DNA of 64,000 nucleotides, from contig DATGFT010000008.1 of NCBI GenBank assembly GCA_035308915.1, positions 12,452 through 76,451 of the forward strand. The letters run 5' to 3'. Both the position numbers and the translations under genes were made by a program. This document shows, piece after piece, positions 19,783-29,221 of the stretch (its first letter is position 1; each line of letters starts with the position of its first letter). The notes beneath the pieces are model-generated. The model was not told the DNA's origin, did not search any database, and saw only the letters and a program-made list of their open reading frames with translations. This DNA is from Solirubrobacteraceae bacterium. Lineage in GTDB: Bacteria; Actinomycetota; Thermoleophilia; Solirubrobacterales; Solirubrobacteraceae.

Positions 19783-20653
19783 GGTCGTAGTGATGAAGGA
19801 AGATCTCCTCGAGCGACGGCTCGCGGGTGCTCAGGGCGACGACCTGCTGAGCGGCCAACGCAGACAGCAGCGGCCCAACCGGGCCTGAGACCTCGAAGCG
19901 CAGAGCCGACGCCCCATTCGGCTCCGTCTTCACCCCGGCGATCGGAGCCAGCGTGGGCCGACCGTTTGCGAACGTGACGTCGATCGTCTGCGCGCTGAGG
20001 TGTCTGAGCTCGGCCAGCGTCCCCTCATCCACGAGCCGACCCTCACGGAGGATCCCGACCCGGTCGCAGACGGCCTCGACCTCACTGAGCACGTGGGAGG
20101 AGAGGAACACGGTCTGGCCGCGCTCCTTGGCCACCCCCGCGCATTCGCGGAACTCCATCTCCATCAGCGGGTCGAGCCCGCTGGTCGGCTCGTCGAGGAG
20201 CAGGAGATCGGCGCGAGTGGCCAGCGCCGCCACCAGCTGGACCTTCTGGCGGTTGCCCTTGGAGAGCGCACGGACCTTCTTTGAGGTGTCGAGCTGGAAG
20301 CGCTCGGTGAGCTCGTCGCGATACTTGCGGTCGGTTGGCCCGTGAAGGTTGGCGAGGAACTCGAGCGTCTCGGCGCCGGTCAAGGAGGGCCAGAGCGCGG
20401 GTTCGCCCGATACGTAGGCGACGCGGCGATGCGCGGTCACCGGGTCACGCCAGGAGTCCACCCCGAACAGCGCCGCGCGTCCCGAGGTCGGACGGTGCAG
20501 CCCCAGGAGAAGCCGGATCGTGGTCGTCTTGCCGGCGCCGTTGGGACCGAGGAAACCGTAAGCCTCGCCCTCGGCGACCTCCAGGTCCAGCGAGTCCAGC
20601 GCCACCGTGCTGCCGTAATGCTTCGTGGCACCCTCGGTGCGGATGGCGGTCAT
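19748..20653 (-). CDS. ABC transporter ATP-binding protein
   Basis: GPNGAGKTT, LSKGNRQK, DEPTSGLDP, LSSH. Confidence 0.92.
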   Translation of the reverse strand: MTAIRTEGATKHYGSTVALDSLDLEVAEGEAYGFLGPNGAGKTTTIRLLLGLHRPTSGRAALFGVDSWRDPVTAHRRVAYVSGEPALWPSLTGAETLEFLANLHGPTDRKYRDELTERFQLDTSKKVRALSKGNRQKVQLVAALATRADLLLLDEPTSGLDPLMEMEFRECAGVAKERGQTVFLSSHVLSEVEAVCDRVGILREGRLVDEGTLAELRHLSAQTIDVTFANGRPTLAPIAGVKTEPNGASALRFEVSGPVGPLLSALAAQQVVALSTREPSLEEIFLHHYDHGDSRSPSEPS

Positions 20654-20696
20654 CGCAGGTTAGCCCGGACTGGGCCCTACCAGCGTATGCGCCACA

Positions 20697-21671
20697 TCAG
20701 CTCGAGGCGGTGCGGTAGTGCTGGCGCCAGATCAACCTGTAGACGGGGATCCAGCGCGGGATGCGGTTGATCACGGGCAGGAACGGAATGCAGACGAAGA
20801 GCAGGCTCAGTACGCCCATGACCGCCATGACCGCGATGTCGGCGTTGGCTGCCCACGAGCTCGTGAACGGCTTGATCTGGTACCAGAAGGTGTAGAGCCA
20901 GAGCCACACCTGGCCGGGATAGCTGCCGGTCTCGTTCATCATTCCCCACTGATCTCCGGACAGGTGCTCCGCGTCGGCGCGGTTGGCGAGCAGTCCGCCG
21001 TCCGCGATGAAGAGCAGGGGTTTTGTGTAGTCGGTCTGGTAGAACTGCTTACTCGTCAGCAGCTGGCCGTCCAGGCCGCCGCTCTGGGCGAAGCTCAGCA
21101 GCCTCGGCATCATCACGTTCAGCGGCCCGTAGTTGCCGGACTTGAGCGAGATGGCCCCACTCGCGGTGGCACTGGCGTTGCCCAATGCCTTTTCATAGGC
21201 GGTCGTCCAGGCCGACTGTTGGCTGGCCGAGGCGTTCTGATAGGTCGAGACCGCGTTCTGAAGCGTCGGATCTCCGGGGATCGAGCGCAGCGGCGCGAGC
21301 ACGAAATCCTGGGCGGTGTCGACGGGATGGCTGACCCCGAACCACTTCTGCAGGCGGATGGGTCCGATGTGCTGTCCGTCTGCGGCGTGGTTGTAGGGCG
21401 GCCCGTAGCCGCCGGTCCCGCTCGACCCGTCGAGCTCGGTGGTCGCTGTGGTGACGAAGTCGACCGGGTCGGTGCGAGCCCAGGACTTCACCGTGGTCGG
21501 CTTCTCGTCCGGCGAGGAGAAGAGGATCGCCAGGACGACGGTCAGCGCCAGGATCACGCCAAAGGCGATCGAGGCCTCCTTGACCAGGTCATACGGGCGA
21601 TAGCCGCCGCTCCAGTTCTCGTAGCTCGCATCCTCACGGCGGGCTGCGGCGCGACGCTCCTTCCAGGTCAT
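20697..21671 (-). CDS. Membrane protein, putative divergent cytochrome b6f subunit IV (PetD/QcrC-N)-like with large loop insertion
   Basis: RPYDLVKE plus a TM helix, a long soluble region, then YPGQVWLWLYTFWYQI and a TM helix ending IPFLP. Translationally coupled to the cytochrome b gene. Confidence 0.5.
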   Translation of the reverse strand: MTWKERRAAARREDASYENWSGGYRPYDLVKEASIAFGVILALTVVLAILFSSPDEKPTTVKSWARTDPVDFVTTATTELDGSSGTGGYGPPYNHAADGQHIGPIRLQKWFGVSHPVDTAQDFVLAPLRSIPGDPTLQNAVSTYQNASASQQSAWTTAYEKALGNASATASGAISLKSGNYGPLNVMMPRLLSFAQSGGLDGQLLTSKQFYQTDYTKPLLFIADGGLLANRADAEHLSGDQWGMMNETGSYPGQVWLWLYTFWYQIKPFTSSWAANADIAVMAVMGVLSLLFVCIPFLPVINRIPRWIPVYRLIWRQHYRTASS

Positions 21672-22369
21672 GACGCAACCTCGTGTGAGCTTGAGAGATC
21701 AGCGTCGGCCGGGCTCGCCGGCCTGGACTGGAAGGCGGCCATCCGTTCGGAGATCCGGAACGGAGGCACGACGCCGTGCTTACGCACGAGCAGGACGTGG
21801 ATGACCACCAGCGCCACGACCGCCACCGGAAGCAGCAGCACGTGGTAGCTGTACATCTGGCCGAAGTTGAGGAGGTTGAAAAAGGCGCCGATGCCGACCG
21901 AGTTCATCGCGTCCTTGGCCTGGGTCGAGATCCACTGGGCGTCGAAGTTCTGCTGGGAGACGTAGCCGGTGAGCGCGCACGGAACGGCCACGAGGAACGT
22001 GACCGCTCCGGTGATCCAGACGCGCTTGCGGCCGCCGCGCCACGCTGCCATCCAGTACTTGCCCCACAGGTGGATGACCATGAAGAAGAAGAACAGCTCG
22101 ACCGACCAGAGGTGCATGCTGTTGAAGAAGTGGCCGATGCCGGTGAAGTGCCACCAGCCGGGGCCCTTCAGGGTCAGGATCGAACCCGTGAGGATGATCA
22201 CGGCCAGCGAGGTCAGCGAGAGCACGCCGAACACATAGATCCACGAAGCGACGTACGTCGGCTGCTTGTCCGCGAGCAGCTTTTCCGGAGGCAGTGCGGC
22301 GACGGCTCGCTCGCGCACCCGCAGCGTCCAGGACTTGCTCGACTCGGCGGGAGGTTGGGTAACGCTCAT
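21668..22369 (-). CDS. Cytochrome b N-terminal (b6-like, 4-TM diheme) protein
   Basis: SMHLWS...VIHLW and YSYHV...VIHV His pairs, WITG, LTGY. ATG at 22369 overlaps the upstream stop. Confidence 0.88.
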   Translation of the reverse strand: MSVTQPPAESSKSWTLRVRERAVAALPPEKLLADKQPTYVASWIYVFGVLSLTSLAVIILTGSILTLKGPGWWHFTGIGHFFNSMHLWSVELFFFFMVIHLWGKYWMAAWRGGRKRVWITGAVTFLVAVPCALTGYVSQQNFDAQWISTQAKDAMNSVGIGAFFNLLNFGQMYSYHVLLLPVAVVALVVIHVLLVRKHGVVPPFRISERMAAFQSRPASPADADLSSSHEVAS

Positions 22370-22557
22370 TTCTGGCCTCCCGCGCCCGGCGTGTGGGGGA
22401 AGGGCAGAGCGATCGCCGCGACGAAGACGGCGAGCATCACGGCAATCAGGATGACGTTCGAGAGCGACATGTCGAACACGAAGAACGGCGTGGTGCCGCC
22501 CCCGATGTGGAAGTGGACATAGGTCGCGTGGTGGTTGAGGTTGAAGACAGCAGCCAT
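22366..22557 (-). CDS. Small single-TM protein heading the cytochrome b operon
   Basis: 63 aa with a hydrophobic C-terminus (SNVILIAVMLAVFVAAIALPFP); ATGA overlap with the cytochrome b gene. Confidence 0.65.
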   Translation of the reverse strand: MAAVFNLNHHATYVHFHIGGGTTPFFVFDMSLSNVILIAVMLAVFVAAIALPFPHTPGAGGQK

Positions 22558-22615
22558 GAACGCGAAAGGTACGCGCGCCGTGAATCGCTGCCATCGGGGC
22601 TAGCCGCGCGAACGC

Positions 22616-22681
22616 TGCGGAGAACTACGTAGTCCGCGCAACCCCGGGTTGCGGCCCCGCTGGTACAGTATTTTCTACGGA
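22616..22681. promoter_or_regulatory. Two TCCGTAG-N2-3-CTACGGA-like boxes in the divergent promoter
   Basis: tgcggagaactacgta (22616-22631) and acagtattttctacgga (22665-22681). Confidence 0.45.
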
Positions 22682-22725
22682 ACCGAGGGCGTTTCCACGC
22701 CACCACGGGTGAGGTACCCTCGGCG

Positions 22726-24471
22726 GTGTTGCCAACCAACCGTCTGGGGCAATCAGTGGCCGGCCCGCCGGGGTCCCAAGCCGAGCAGAAGCTCCGCCGC
22801 CTCCTCGAGGTGGGAAGGGCGCTCGTCGGCGAGCTTGACCCGGAGAGCGTCCTGGACCGGATCCTCGAGCAAGCCTGTGCGGTCACCGGGGCGCGGTACG
22901 CGGCTCTCGGCGTCCTCGGTGAGTCTCGTGACGAGCTCGAGCGCTTCCTGACCCGCGGCATCGACGCCGCGACACACCGGGCGATCGGTGACCTGCCGCG
23001 CGGGCGGGGCGTCCTCGGCGTGCTGATCGAGGATCCGCGGCCGCTGCGGCTATCCGACGTGGGCGAGCATCCGCAGAGCTATGGGTTCCCCGCCCACCAC
23101 CCACCGATGCGGAGCTTTCTCGGCGTGCCCATCCTGATCCGGGGCCGGGCGTGGGGCAATCTCTACCTGACGGAGAAGACCGACGGCGATGAATTCACCG
23201 ACGACGACGAGGAGGCGGCGGTTCTCCTCGCCCAGTGGGCCGGCACGGCGATCGAGAACGCCCGCCTCTACGAAAGCAGCGAGCGTGGGCGCGCCGAGGC
23301 CGAACGGGCAGTGCAGGCGCTCGAGGCAGCCCGAGACATCACCGACGCGGTCTCACGGCTAGCCGATCTGGATCGGGTACTCGAGCTGATCGCCAAGCGC
23401 GGACGCGCGCTGGTCGAGGGTAGAACCGTGCTGATCATGCTCCGCGAGGCCGACGAGCTGGTCGTGGCCGCGACGGCGGGTCACGCCAGCAACGCCAAGG
23501 GCCGGCGCCTGCCGGTGACGGGGTCGACCTCGGGGCAGGTGCTCCGTCGCGGGCGCGCGGAGCGGATCACCGATGTGGGGACGCAGATGCGGGTCGCGGT
23601 CGACCGGCTTGGAGTCCCGAGCGCCGGCACCGCTCTGCTCGTCCCGATGCTCCACCACGGCAACGGAATCGGCGTCCTGGCCGCGTTTGACCGGATGGAC
23701 TCCGGCGGTGAGTTCAGCGCCGCCGACGAGCAGCTCCTGCAGACGTTCGCGGCCTCCGCGGCAAACGCGGTGGCGCTCAACCGGAGCGTCACGGCCGAGC
23801 GCCTCCAGAGCGCGATCGTGGCCGCGGACTCCGAGCGGGGCCGCTGGGCGCGTGAACTGCACGATGAAACACTGCAGGCGCTGGGAGGTCTGCGCGTTCT
23901 CCTGAGCTCCGCGCTGCGGCAGAACGACGACACCACTCGCGTTGATGCCATGCGCCAGGCGATCGAGGACATCGAGCTTGAGATCGGCAACCTCCGAGGG
24001 ATCATCAGCGACCTGCGGCCGTCGCTGCTCGACGACCTCGGTCTCGGCCCGGCGCTGGACGCTCTGCTCGACCGTCGCCGTCAGTCGGGCCTGGAAATCC
24101 ACGCCGATTTCACGCTGCCGCAACGAGGTCAGGATGCGAGGGGGCTGGCGCCGGAGCTCGAGACGACGATCTATCGCTTCGTGCAGGAAGCGCTGACAAA
24201 CGTGGTCAAGCATGCGGACGCCAGCAGCGTCGAGGTGCGCATCCACGCCCTCACGAGCCATGTCCTTGTCGAGGTGAGGGATGACGGCCGCGGATTCGAC
24301 ACGGAGGCCAAGAGCGATGGCTTCGGTCTGGGGGGAATCCGCGAGCGCGTCTACCTGGCGGGAGGAACACTCGAGCTGGATTCCGGTCAGCAGGGAACGC
24401 TGCTGCGCGCCCATCTACCGCTCCCGGGCGATCGGGCCCGCGAGTCAGTTCCCGATCAGGTGGCGTCCTAA
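22726..24471 (+). CDS. GAF-GAF sensor histidine kinase, DosS/DosT(DevS)-like
   Basis: GRGVLGVLI...GFPAHHPPMRSFLGVP in GAF-A (heme-His region of DosS), ELHDETLQ, QEALTNVVKH, DDGRGF. Confidence 0.85.
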   Translation: MLPTNRLGQSVAGPPGSQAEQKLRRLLEVGRALVGELDPESVLDRILEQACAVTGARYAALGVLGESRDELERFLTRGIDAATHRAIGDLPRGRGVLGVLIEDPRPLRLSDVGEHPQSYGFPAHHPPMRSFLGVPILIRGRAWGNLYLTEKTDGDEFTDDDEEAAVLLAQWAGTAIENARLYESSERGRAEAERAVQALEAARDITDAVSRLADLDRVLELIAKRGRALVEGRTVLIMLREADELVVAATAGHASNAKGRRLPVTGSTSGQVLRRGRAERITDVGTQMRVAVDRLGVPSAGTALLVPMLHHGNGIGVLAAFDRMDSGGEFSAADEQLLQTFAASAANAVALNRSVTAERLQSAIVAADSERGRWARELHDETLQALGGLRVLLSSALRQNDDTTRVDAMRQAIEDIELEIGNLRGIISDLRPSLLDDLGLGPALDALLDRRRQSGLEIHADFTLPQRGQDARGLAPELETTIYRFVQEALTNVVKHADASSVEVRIHALTSHVLVEVRDDGRGFDTEAKSDGFGLGGIRERVYLAGGTLELDSGQQGTLLRAHLPLPGDRARESVPDQVAS

Positions 24472-25125
24472 CGCGTACTTGACCAGCTGGGCCCGCGTCT
24501 CAAGGCCGAGCTTGCGGTGGATCCTGGCCCGGTGGGTTTCGACCGTTCGTCGTGACAGGGTCAGCTTCTGGGCGATCTCGACGCTGGTGTGCCCAAGCGC
24601 GATCAGGCGCAGGACCTCGACCTCACGCGGACTGAGGCCATCGCCAGCCACCCCGTTGCGCAACGCCACCAGGGCCGCGGCCAGCCGCGGGCTGACGTAC
24701 TCCTCGCTGCGCGCGGCCCGGCGAATCGCGACCGGCAGCTCCGCGTCCGCCTGGTCCTTGAGAACGAAGCCCGCGGCACCGGCATCCAGCGCCTGCTGGG
24801 CGAAGGCCGGACTCTCCTCCATCGTCAGAACGACGATCTCGGTGTCCGGAGCCGTCTCGCGGAGCCGGCGGATCGTGTCGATCGTCGAGCCATTGGGCAG
24901 ACGGACGTCAAGGACGAGCACGTGGGGCATGTGGACCGGGACGTGGCGCATGACGGTCGAGAGGTCCGCCGCCTCGGCAACCACCTCCATCCCTTCCTCA
25001 CGATCGAGCAGCAGACGCAGGTTCCTGCGGACCGTCGTGTGGTCGTCAGCGAGGATGATCTTGATTTTCGAAAGCCTCGCGTCCGGATGGTTCGGGTCCG
25101 GAGCAAGTTGCAGTCGCGCCGACAT
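24445..25125 (-). CDS. NarL/LuxR family response regulator
   Basis: LADDH, VLDVRLP, LSPREVEVL...TVETHR; convergent with the GAF kinase. Confidence 0.9.
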   Translation of the reverse strand: MSARLQLAPDPNHPDARLSKIKIILADDHTTVRRNLRLLLDREEGMEVVAEAADLSTVMRHVPVHMPHVLVLDVRLPNGSTIDTIRRLRETAPDTEIVVLTMEESPAFAQQALDAGAAGFVLKDQADAELPVAIRRAARSEEYVSPRLAAALVALRNGVAGDGLSPREVEVLRLIALGHTSVEIAQKLTLSRRTVETHRARIHRKLGLETRAQLVKYALGRHLIGN

Positions 25126-25229
25126 ACCATGAAGGTAGGCGGCGGCATGCCTCGCTTCCTCGGTGTAAAGAGCTAACGCCAGCTGTGGGAAAACCCTGAT
25201 CTCACCGCGATGGCGGCCGTGAGTACGTC

Positions 25230-25958
25230 ATGAGCAGCGATCAGCCCGCGGATCCGCCAACCTTCGACCAGGCCTTGCTGTCCTGGCTCGGTGATGAACC
25301 GCCGGAGGTCCGGGCGGCGGACGCCGAGCGCATCCGGGAGATCGCGTCCGAGTTCGCCATGGGGTTCGACAAGCTGGCGGCGATCGGGCCCGCGGTCACG
25401 ATATTCGGGTCGGCCCGCACCCCGCCCGAGCACCCGGACTACCGCCTCATGCGCCGGGTCGCCGCGCAGCTGGGCCAGGCGGGATTCACGGTGATCACGG
25501 GCGGCGGCGCGGGGTTGATGGAAGCCGCCAACCGCGGTGCCCGTGACGTCGGCGCCACCTCGGTCGGCTGCAACATCGAGATCCCGCGAGAACAGGTGCT
25601 GAACCGCTATGTCGACATCGGCCTTCGCTTTCGGCACTTCTTCGCCCGGAAGGTCATGTTCGTCCGCTATGCGAGCGGATTCGTGATCGGGCCCGGCGGG
25701 TTCGGAACTCTGGACGAGCTGTTCGAGGCGCTGACGCTCATCCAGACCGTGACGATCGAGGATTTCCCCGTTGTCCTCGTCGACGGCGGCGAATGGGAGG
25801 GGATGCTCGGGTGGCTGCGGAACCACGCGCTGGCCAGAAATCGGATCGATGAGCGAGACCTCGCGCGGCTCCACGTGACCTCGGATCCGGACGAGGTGGC
25901 CGCGATCATCACGGCGGCGCATGCGCGCCAGCGGCGTCGGCGCCGGAGCGCCGGGTGA
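25230..25958 (+). CDS. LOG family (TIGR00730) nucleotide phosphoribohydrolase-like protein
   Basis: FGSAR, TGGG.GLMEAANRGA, FFARK, PGGFGTLDE. Confidence 0.88.
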   Translation: MSSDQPADPPTFDQALLSWLGDEPPEVRAADAERIREIASEFAMGFDKLAAIGPAVTIFGSARTPPEHPDYRLMRRVAAQLGQAGFTVITGGGAGLMEAANRGARDVGATSVGCNIEIPREQVLNRYVDIGLRFRHFFARKVMFVRYASGFVIGPGGFGTLDELFEALTLIQTVTIEDFPVVLVDGGEWEGMLGWLRNHALARNRIDERDLARLHVTSDPDEVAAIITAAHARQRRRRRSAG

Positions 25959-26037
25959 GTGTGATCCGTAGTAACCCGGGGCTGGGTTGAGGGCGGCTCC
26001 GGATGTCACGGATGCAGCCGTACGCCAGTCTTGAGTC

Positions 26038-26319
26038 ATGCACAACACGATCGATTCTCCGCGAGCCAGCTCCAGCGCCAGCTTGCGCGAGCAACTGCGC
26101 GTCCTAAGGGACGAGAACGCCCGGATGCGGGGCGAAAATATCCGCATGCGAGCCGAGAACGATCGGCTCCGTGAGGAGAACCAGGCCATCCGGAGAAGGA
26201 ACGCTGAGCTCCGGAGCGCGCTTGACGCGCACATCTCGAGGGCGCGGTCGACGACGCTGTTCGGGCCGCTCGAGCTCACCGCCGGGACGTGCGTCGGACC
26301 GCGGCGAACCCGCGGGTAG
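26038..26319 (+). CDS. Small coiled-coil protein
   Basis: Heptad repeats ENARMR/ENIRMR/ENDRLR/ENQAIR. Confidence 0.5.
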   Translation: MHNTIDSPRASSSASLREQLRVLRDENARMRGENIRMRAENDRLREENQAIRRRNAELRSALDAHISRARSTTLFGPLELTAGTCVGPRRTRG

Positions 26320-26342
26320 CCGCGCCTGGATTGGTGCGGGAG

Positions 26343-26783
26343 ATGAGCGTCCTCACGGCGAGCGCCACGCCGAGCAACGGCGCGCTACGGCACCGAGTCG
26401 ACGTCAACCGGCGCCATACGATCACCACGGACGAACCCGAGTACCTGGGCGGAAGCGATGCCGGCCCCGCGCCTCACGAGCTTCTTCCCGCGATGGTCGC
26501 CGCCTGCGTCTCAACCATGATCGTGCTCTATGCCGAGCGTCGCGGTTGGGAGCTCGGCGATGTCCGGGTCGACGTCTCCTATGAGAGCGAGACCGAGCCC
26601 CGGGAGCTCGAGGTAACGATCCATCTCCCGGAGGGGCTCACGCCCGATCAGGTCACGCGGCTTGAACGCGTCGCCGACACCTGTCCGGTGAAGCGCGCGT
26701 TCGAGGCCGGGTTTTCCTTCGAGCGCAGGCTTGTGCTCGACCTGCCCGGCCGCGCTAACCAACGCGCAAAGTTCGCCGCCTAA
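26343..26783 (+). CDS. OsmC family protein
   Basis: TDEPEYLGGSDAGPAPHEL, AAC, TCPV. Confidence 0.85.
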   Translation: MSVLTASATPSNGALRHRVDVNRRHTITTDEPEYLGGSDAGPAPHELLPAMVAACVSTMIVLYAERRGWELGDVRVDVSYESETEPRELEVTIHLPEGLTPDQVTRLERVADTCPVKRAFEAGFSFERRLVLDLPGRANQRAKFAA

Positions 26784-29110
26784 CGGGCCGCGTCGAGAAG
26801 CAGCCGTTGCTCGGCCGCCGCGATCAGGCGGCGGGTCCGGTCGACGGCGTCGATCGAGACGGAGATCGCGTCGATGCCCGCCCTGACCAAGAGCTCGGCG
26901 TACTCCGGGTGCACCGAGGGGGCCTGACCGCAGATCGACGTCTGAAGCCCCGCCGCCCGAGCCCTCGGAATCAGCTGCTTCAGGTAGTCCGTGACCGCGG
27001 GATCGCGCTCGTCGAACGTTGCCGCGAGTGCCTCGGAGTCGCGGTCAGCGCCAAGGAGCAGCTGGGTCAGGTCGTTGGAGCCGATCGAGATGCCGGCGAT
27101 GCCGAGGCGCGCATAGCGCTCGAGGTTGAACAGCACCGACGGGACCTCGGCCATGACCCACAGCTCAAATCCGGGCAGCCCGATCAGTCCAGCCTCGGCG
27201 ATCAGGTCACGGCAGCGCTCCAGCTCCCGCGCGGTCCTCACGAACGGCAGCATCACGTGGAAGTTGGTGTGGCCGGCTTCCCAGACGCGCCCGATCGCCT
27301 CGAGCTCGAGCTCGAACACGTCCGGCTGCTCGGTGTAGCGCAGCGCGCCTCGGAAGCCGATCATCGGATTGGCCTCCTCGGGCTCGAACTCCTCACCTCC
27401 CTGGAGGCCGCGGAACTCGTTCGTGCGGAAGTCAGTCGTGCGGTAGGTGATAGGACGCGGCGCAAAGCCGGCGGCGAACGTGGTCAGCGCGTCGGCCATG
27501 TGCTCGACGAACTCGTCGGCCCGGCCCTCGGCCAGGAGCTTGCGCGGATGGGTTCCGTCGAGCGCTTCGAGGAGCATCAATTCGGCGCGCAGGAGGCCGA
27601 CGCCGTCGACCTCGAGCGCGGCCGCCCGCTCCACCTGGGACGGCTCGGAGAGGTTGAGAAGCAGCCTGGTACCGGTGACGATCGGGCTGGCGAGCGCGAC
27701 GCGCCCGTCCGGGGCTGAAGGGGCGGTGCGCGCGCTCAGACTGGCCCCCTCGGTCACGACGCCATGGGTGGCGTCGACGGTCACCAGCTCGCCTTCGCGG
27801 AGGCTCTTGGTGGCGTTCCCGGTGCCGACGACGCACGGGATCCCGAGCTCACGAGACACGATCGCGGCGTGGCAGGTCATCCCGCCGGAGTCGGTGACGA
27901 TCGCTCCGGCCCTGCGCATCAGCGGGACCCAATCGGGCGAGGTCATGTGGGTGACCAGCACGTCCCCGGCGGCGAGCTTGCCGGCATCCTCCAGGGAGGT
28001 GAGCAGGCGGACGGCGCCGCTGGCCTGGCCGGGGGCCGCCCCCAGACCGCGGACGAGAACCGCGCCGGCTTCGGCTGGCGCCGCGCTGACGACGGACTCC
28101 TCCGCATGGCCGGTGCTCGTGATCGGACGGCTCTGGAGCATCCATATCCTGTCCTCGGGATCGAACGCCCACTCCGTGTCCTGGGGGGCGTTGTACTCAC
28201 GCTCGATCGCGATGCCCAACTCCGCGACCCGCAGCACCTCCTCGTCACTCAGCACCGGCGTCAGCGCCTCGTCGCGCCCCAGCTCCCGGCGCGTCGTCCC
28301 GCCCTCGGGCGCGGCCTCTATGACCAGCTCCTTGGGACGCACCGAACGGGTGATGATCGCCATGTGGCCCTTGTCGACCACGTAGCGATCCGGCGAGACC
28401 TGGCCTGAGACCACCGCCTCACCGAGGCCGAACGATCCTTCGATCACCAAGTGGTCACGCTCACCAGTCGCCGGATCGATGGTGAACATCACTCCGGCGC
28501 GGGTCGAGTTGATCTGGCGCTGGACGACCACCGCGATCTCCATCCCGCTCTGGCTAAAGCCGCGCTGGCCTCGGTAGTAGATCGTCCGTGCTCCGAACAG
28601 CGATTGCCAGCACCGTTTGACCGCATCGATGACGTGGTCACGGCCACGTGTGTTCAGGAACGTCTCGTTCATTCCGGCGAACGAAGCGGATGCGGTGTCC
28701 TCGGCGGTCGCCGAGGAGCGAACGGCGACAGGGGCGTCAGCCGTCTTGCCAACCAGCGCCTCGTAGGCGTCGCCGATGGCACTCCGCAGCCAGGCGGGCA
28801 TCTCGGTGCCGCCGACTGCCTCTCGTGCCGCCTCGGCCGCCGCCTGAAGCGCTCCGGTGTCCTCCACGTCGAGCGAGTCGAGCAGCTGGGCCAGCCGCGC
28901 ACGGAGACCGGTCTGGTTCAGGAACGCTGCGTAAGCGGGCGCACCGACCACGAAGCCGGGCGGCACCGGGAGCCCAGCTCGCGTCAATTGACCCAGGTTT
29001 GCTCCCTTGCCGCCGGCGTATGCGACATCGGCGACCGAGAGTGCGGTGAACGGACGAACCGGGTCGAGCTCGGCGGGGGTTACGGAAGGAGGGGTTTCGG
29101 TTGCGGACAT
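26780..29110 (-). CDS. ppsA: Phosphoenolpyruvate synthase (pyruvate, water dikinase)
   Basis: GGKGANLG, VAVRSSATAED...SFAG, GGMTCHAAIVSRELG, EEANPMIGFRG, SIGSNDLTQ, SICGQAPS. Confidence 0.95.
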   Translation of the reverse strand: MSATETPPSVTPAELDPVRPFTALSVADVAYAGGKGANLGQLTRAGLPVPPGFVVGAPAYAAFLNQTGLRARLAQLLDSLDVEDTGALQAAAEAAREAVGGTEMPAWLRSAIGDAYEALVGKTADAPVAVRSSATAEDTASASFAGMNETFLNTRGRDHVIDAVKRCWQSLFGARTIYYRGQRGFSQSGMEIAVVVQRQINSTRAGVMFTIDPATGERDHLVIEGSFGLGEAVVSGQVSPDRYVVDKGHMAIITRSVRPKELVIEAAPEGGTTRRELGRDEALTPVLSDEEVLRVAELGIAIEREYNAPQDTEWAFDPEDRIWMLQSRPITSTGHAEESVVSAAPAEAGAVLVRGLGAAPGQASGAVRLLTSLEDAGKLAAGDVLVTHMTSPDWVPLMRRAGAIVTDSGGMTCHAAIVSRELGIPCVVGTGNATKSLREGELVTVDATHGVVTEGASLSARTAPSAPDGRVALASPIVTGTRLLLNLSEPSQVERAAALEVDGVGLLRAELMLLEALDGTHPRKLLAEGRADEFVEHMADALTTFAAGFAPRPITYRTTDFRTNEFRGLQGGEEFEPEEANPMIGFRGALRYTEQPDVFELELEAIGRVWEAGHTNFHVMLPFVRTARELERCRDLIAEAGLIGLPGFELWVMAEVPSVLFNLERYARLGIAGISIGSNDLTQLLLGADRDSEALAATFDERDPAVTDYLKQLIPRARAAGLQTSICGQAPSVHPEYAELLVRAGIDAISVSIDAVDRTRRLIAAAEQRLLLDAAR

Positions 29111-29221
29111 GCCGCCAAGCTACGGCGAGCTGGCGCTCAGCGGATCGTGGCGATACGCCCCTCCCTATCCGTATAAGTTGCGGATGGTGTGCCGCGGCCA
29201 CCGGCTCGATACTGACCCGCG

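Noticed and set aside
20697-22557. Standard qcrCAB respiratory bc1 operon
   Set aside because: No Rieske motifs, no CxxCH protein and no PEWY.
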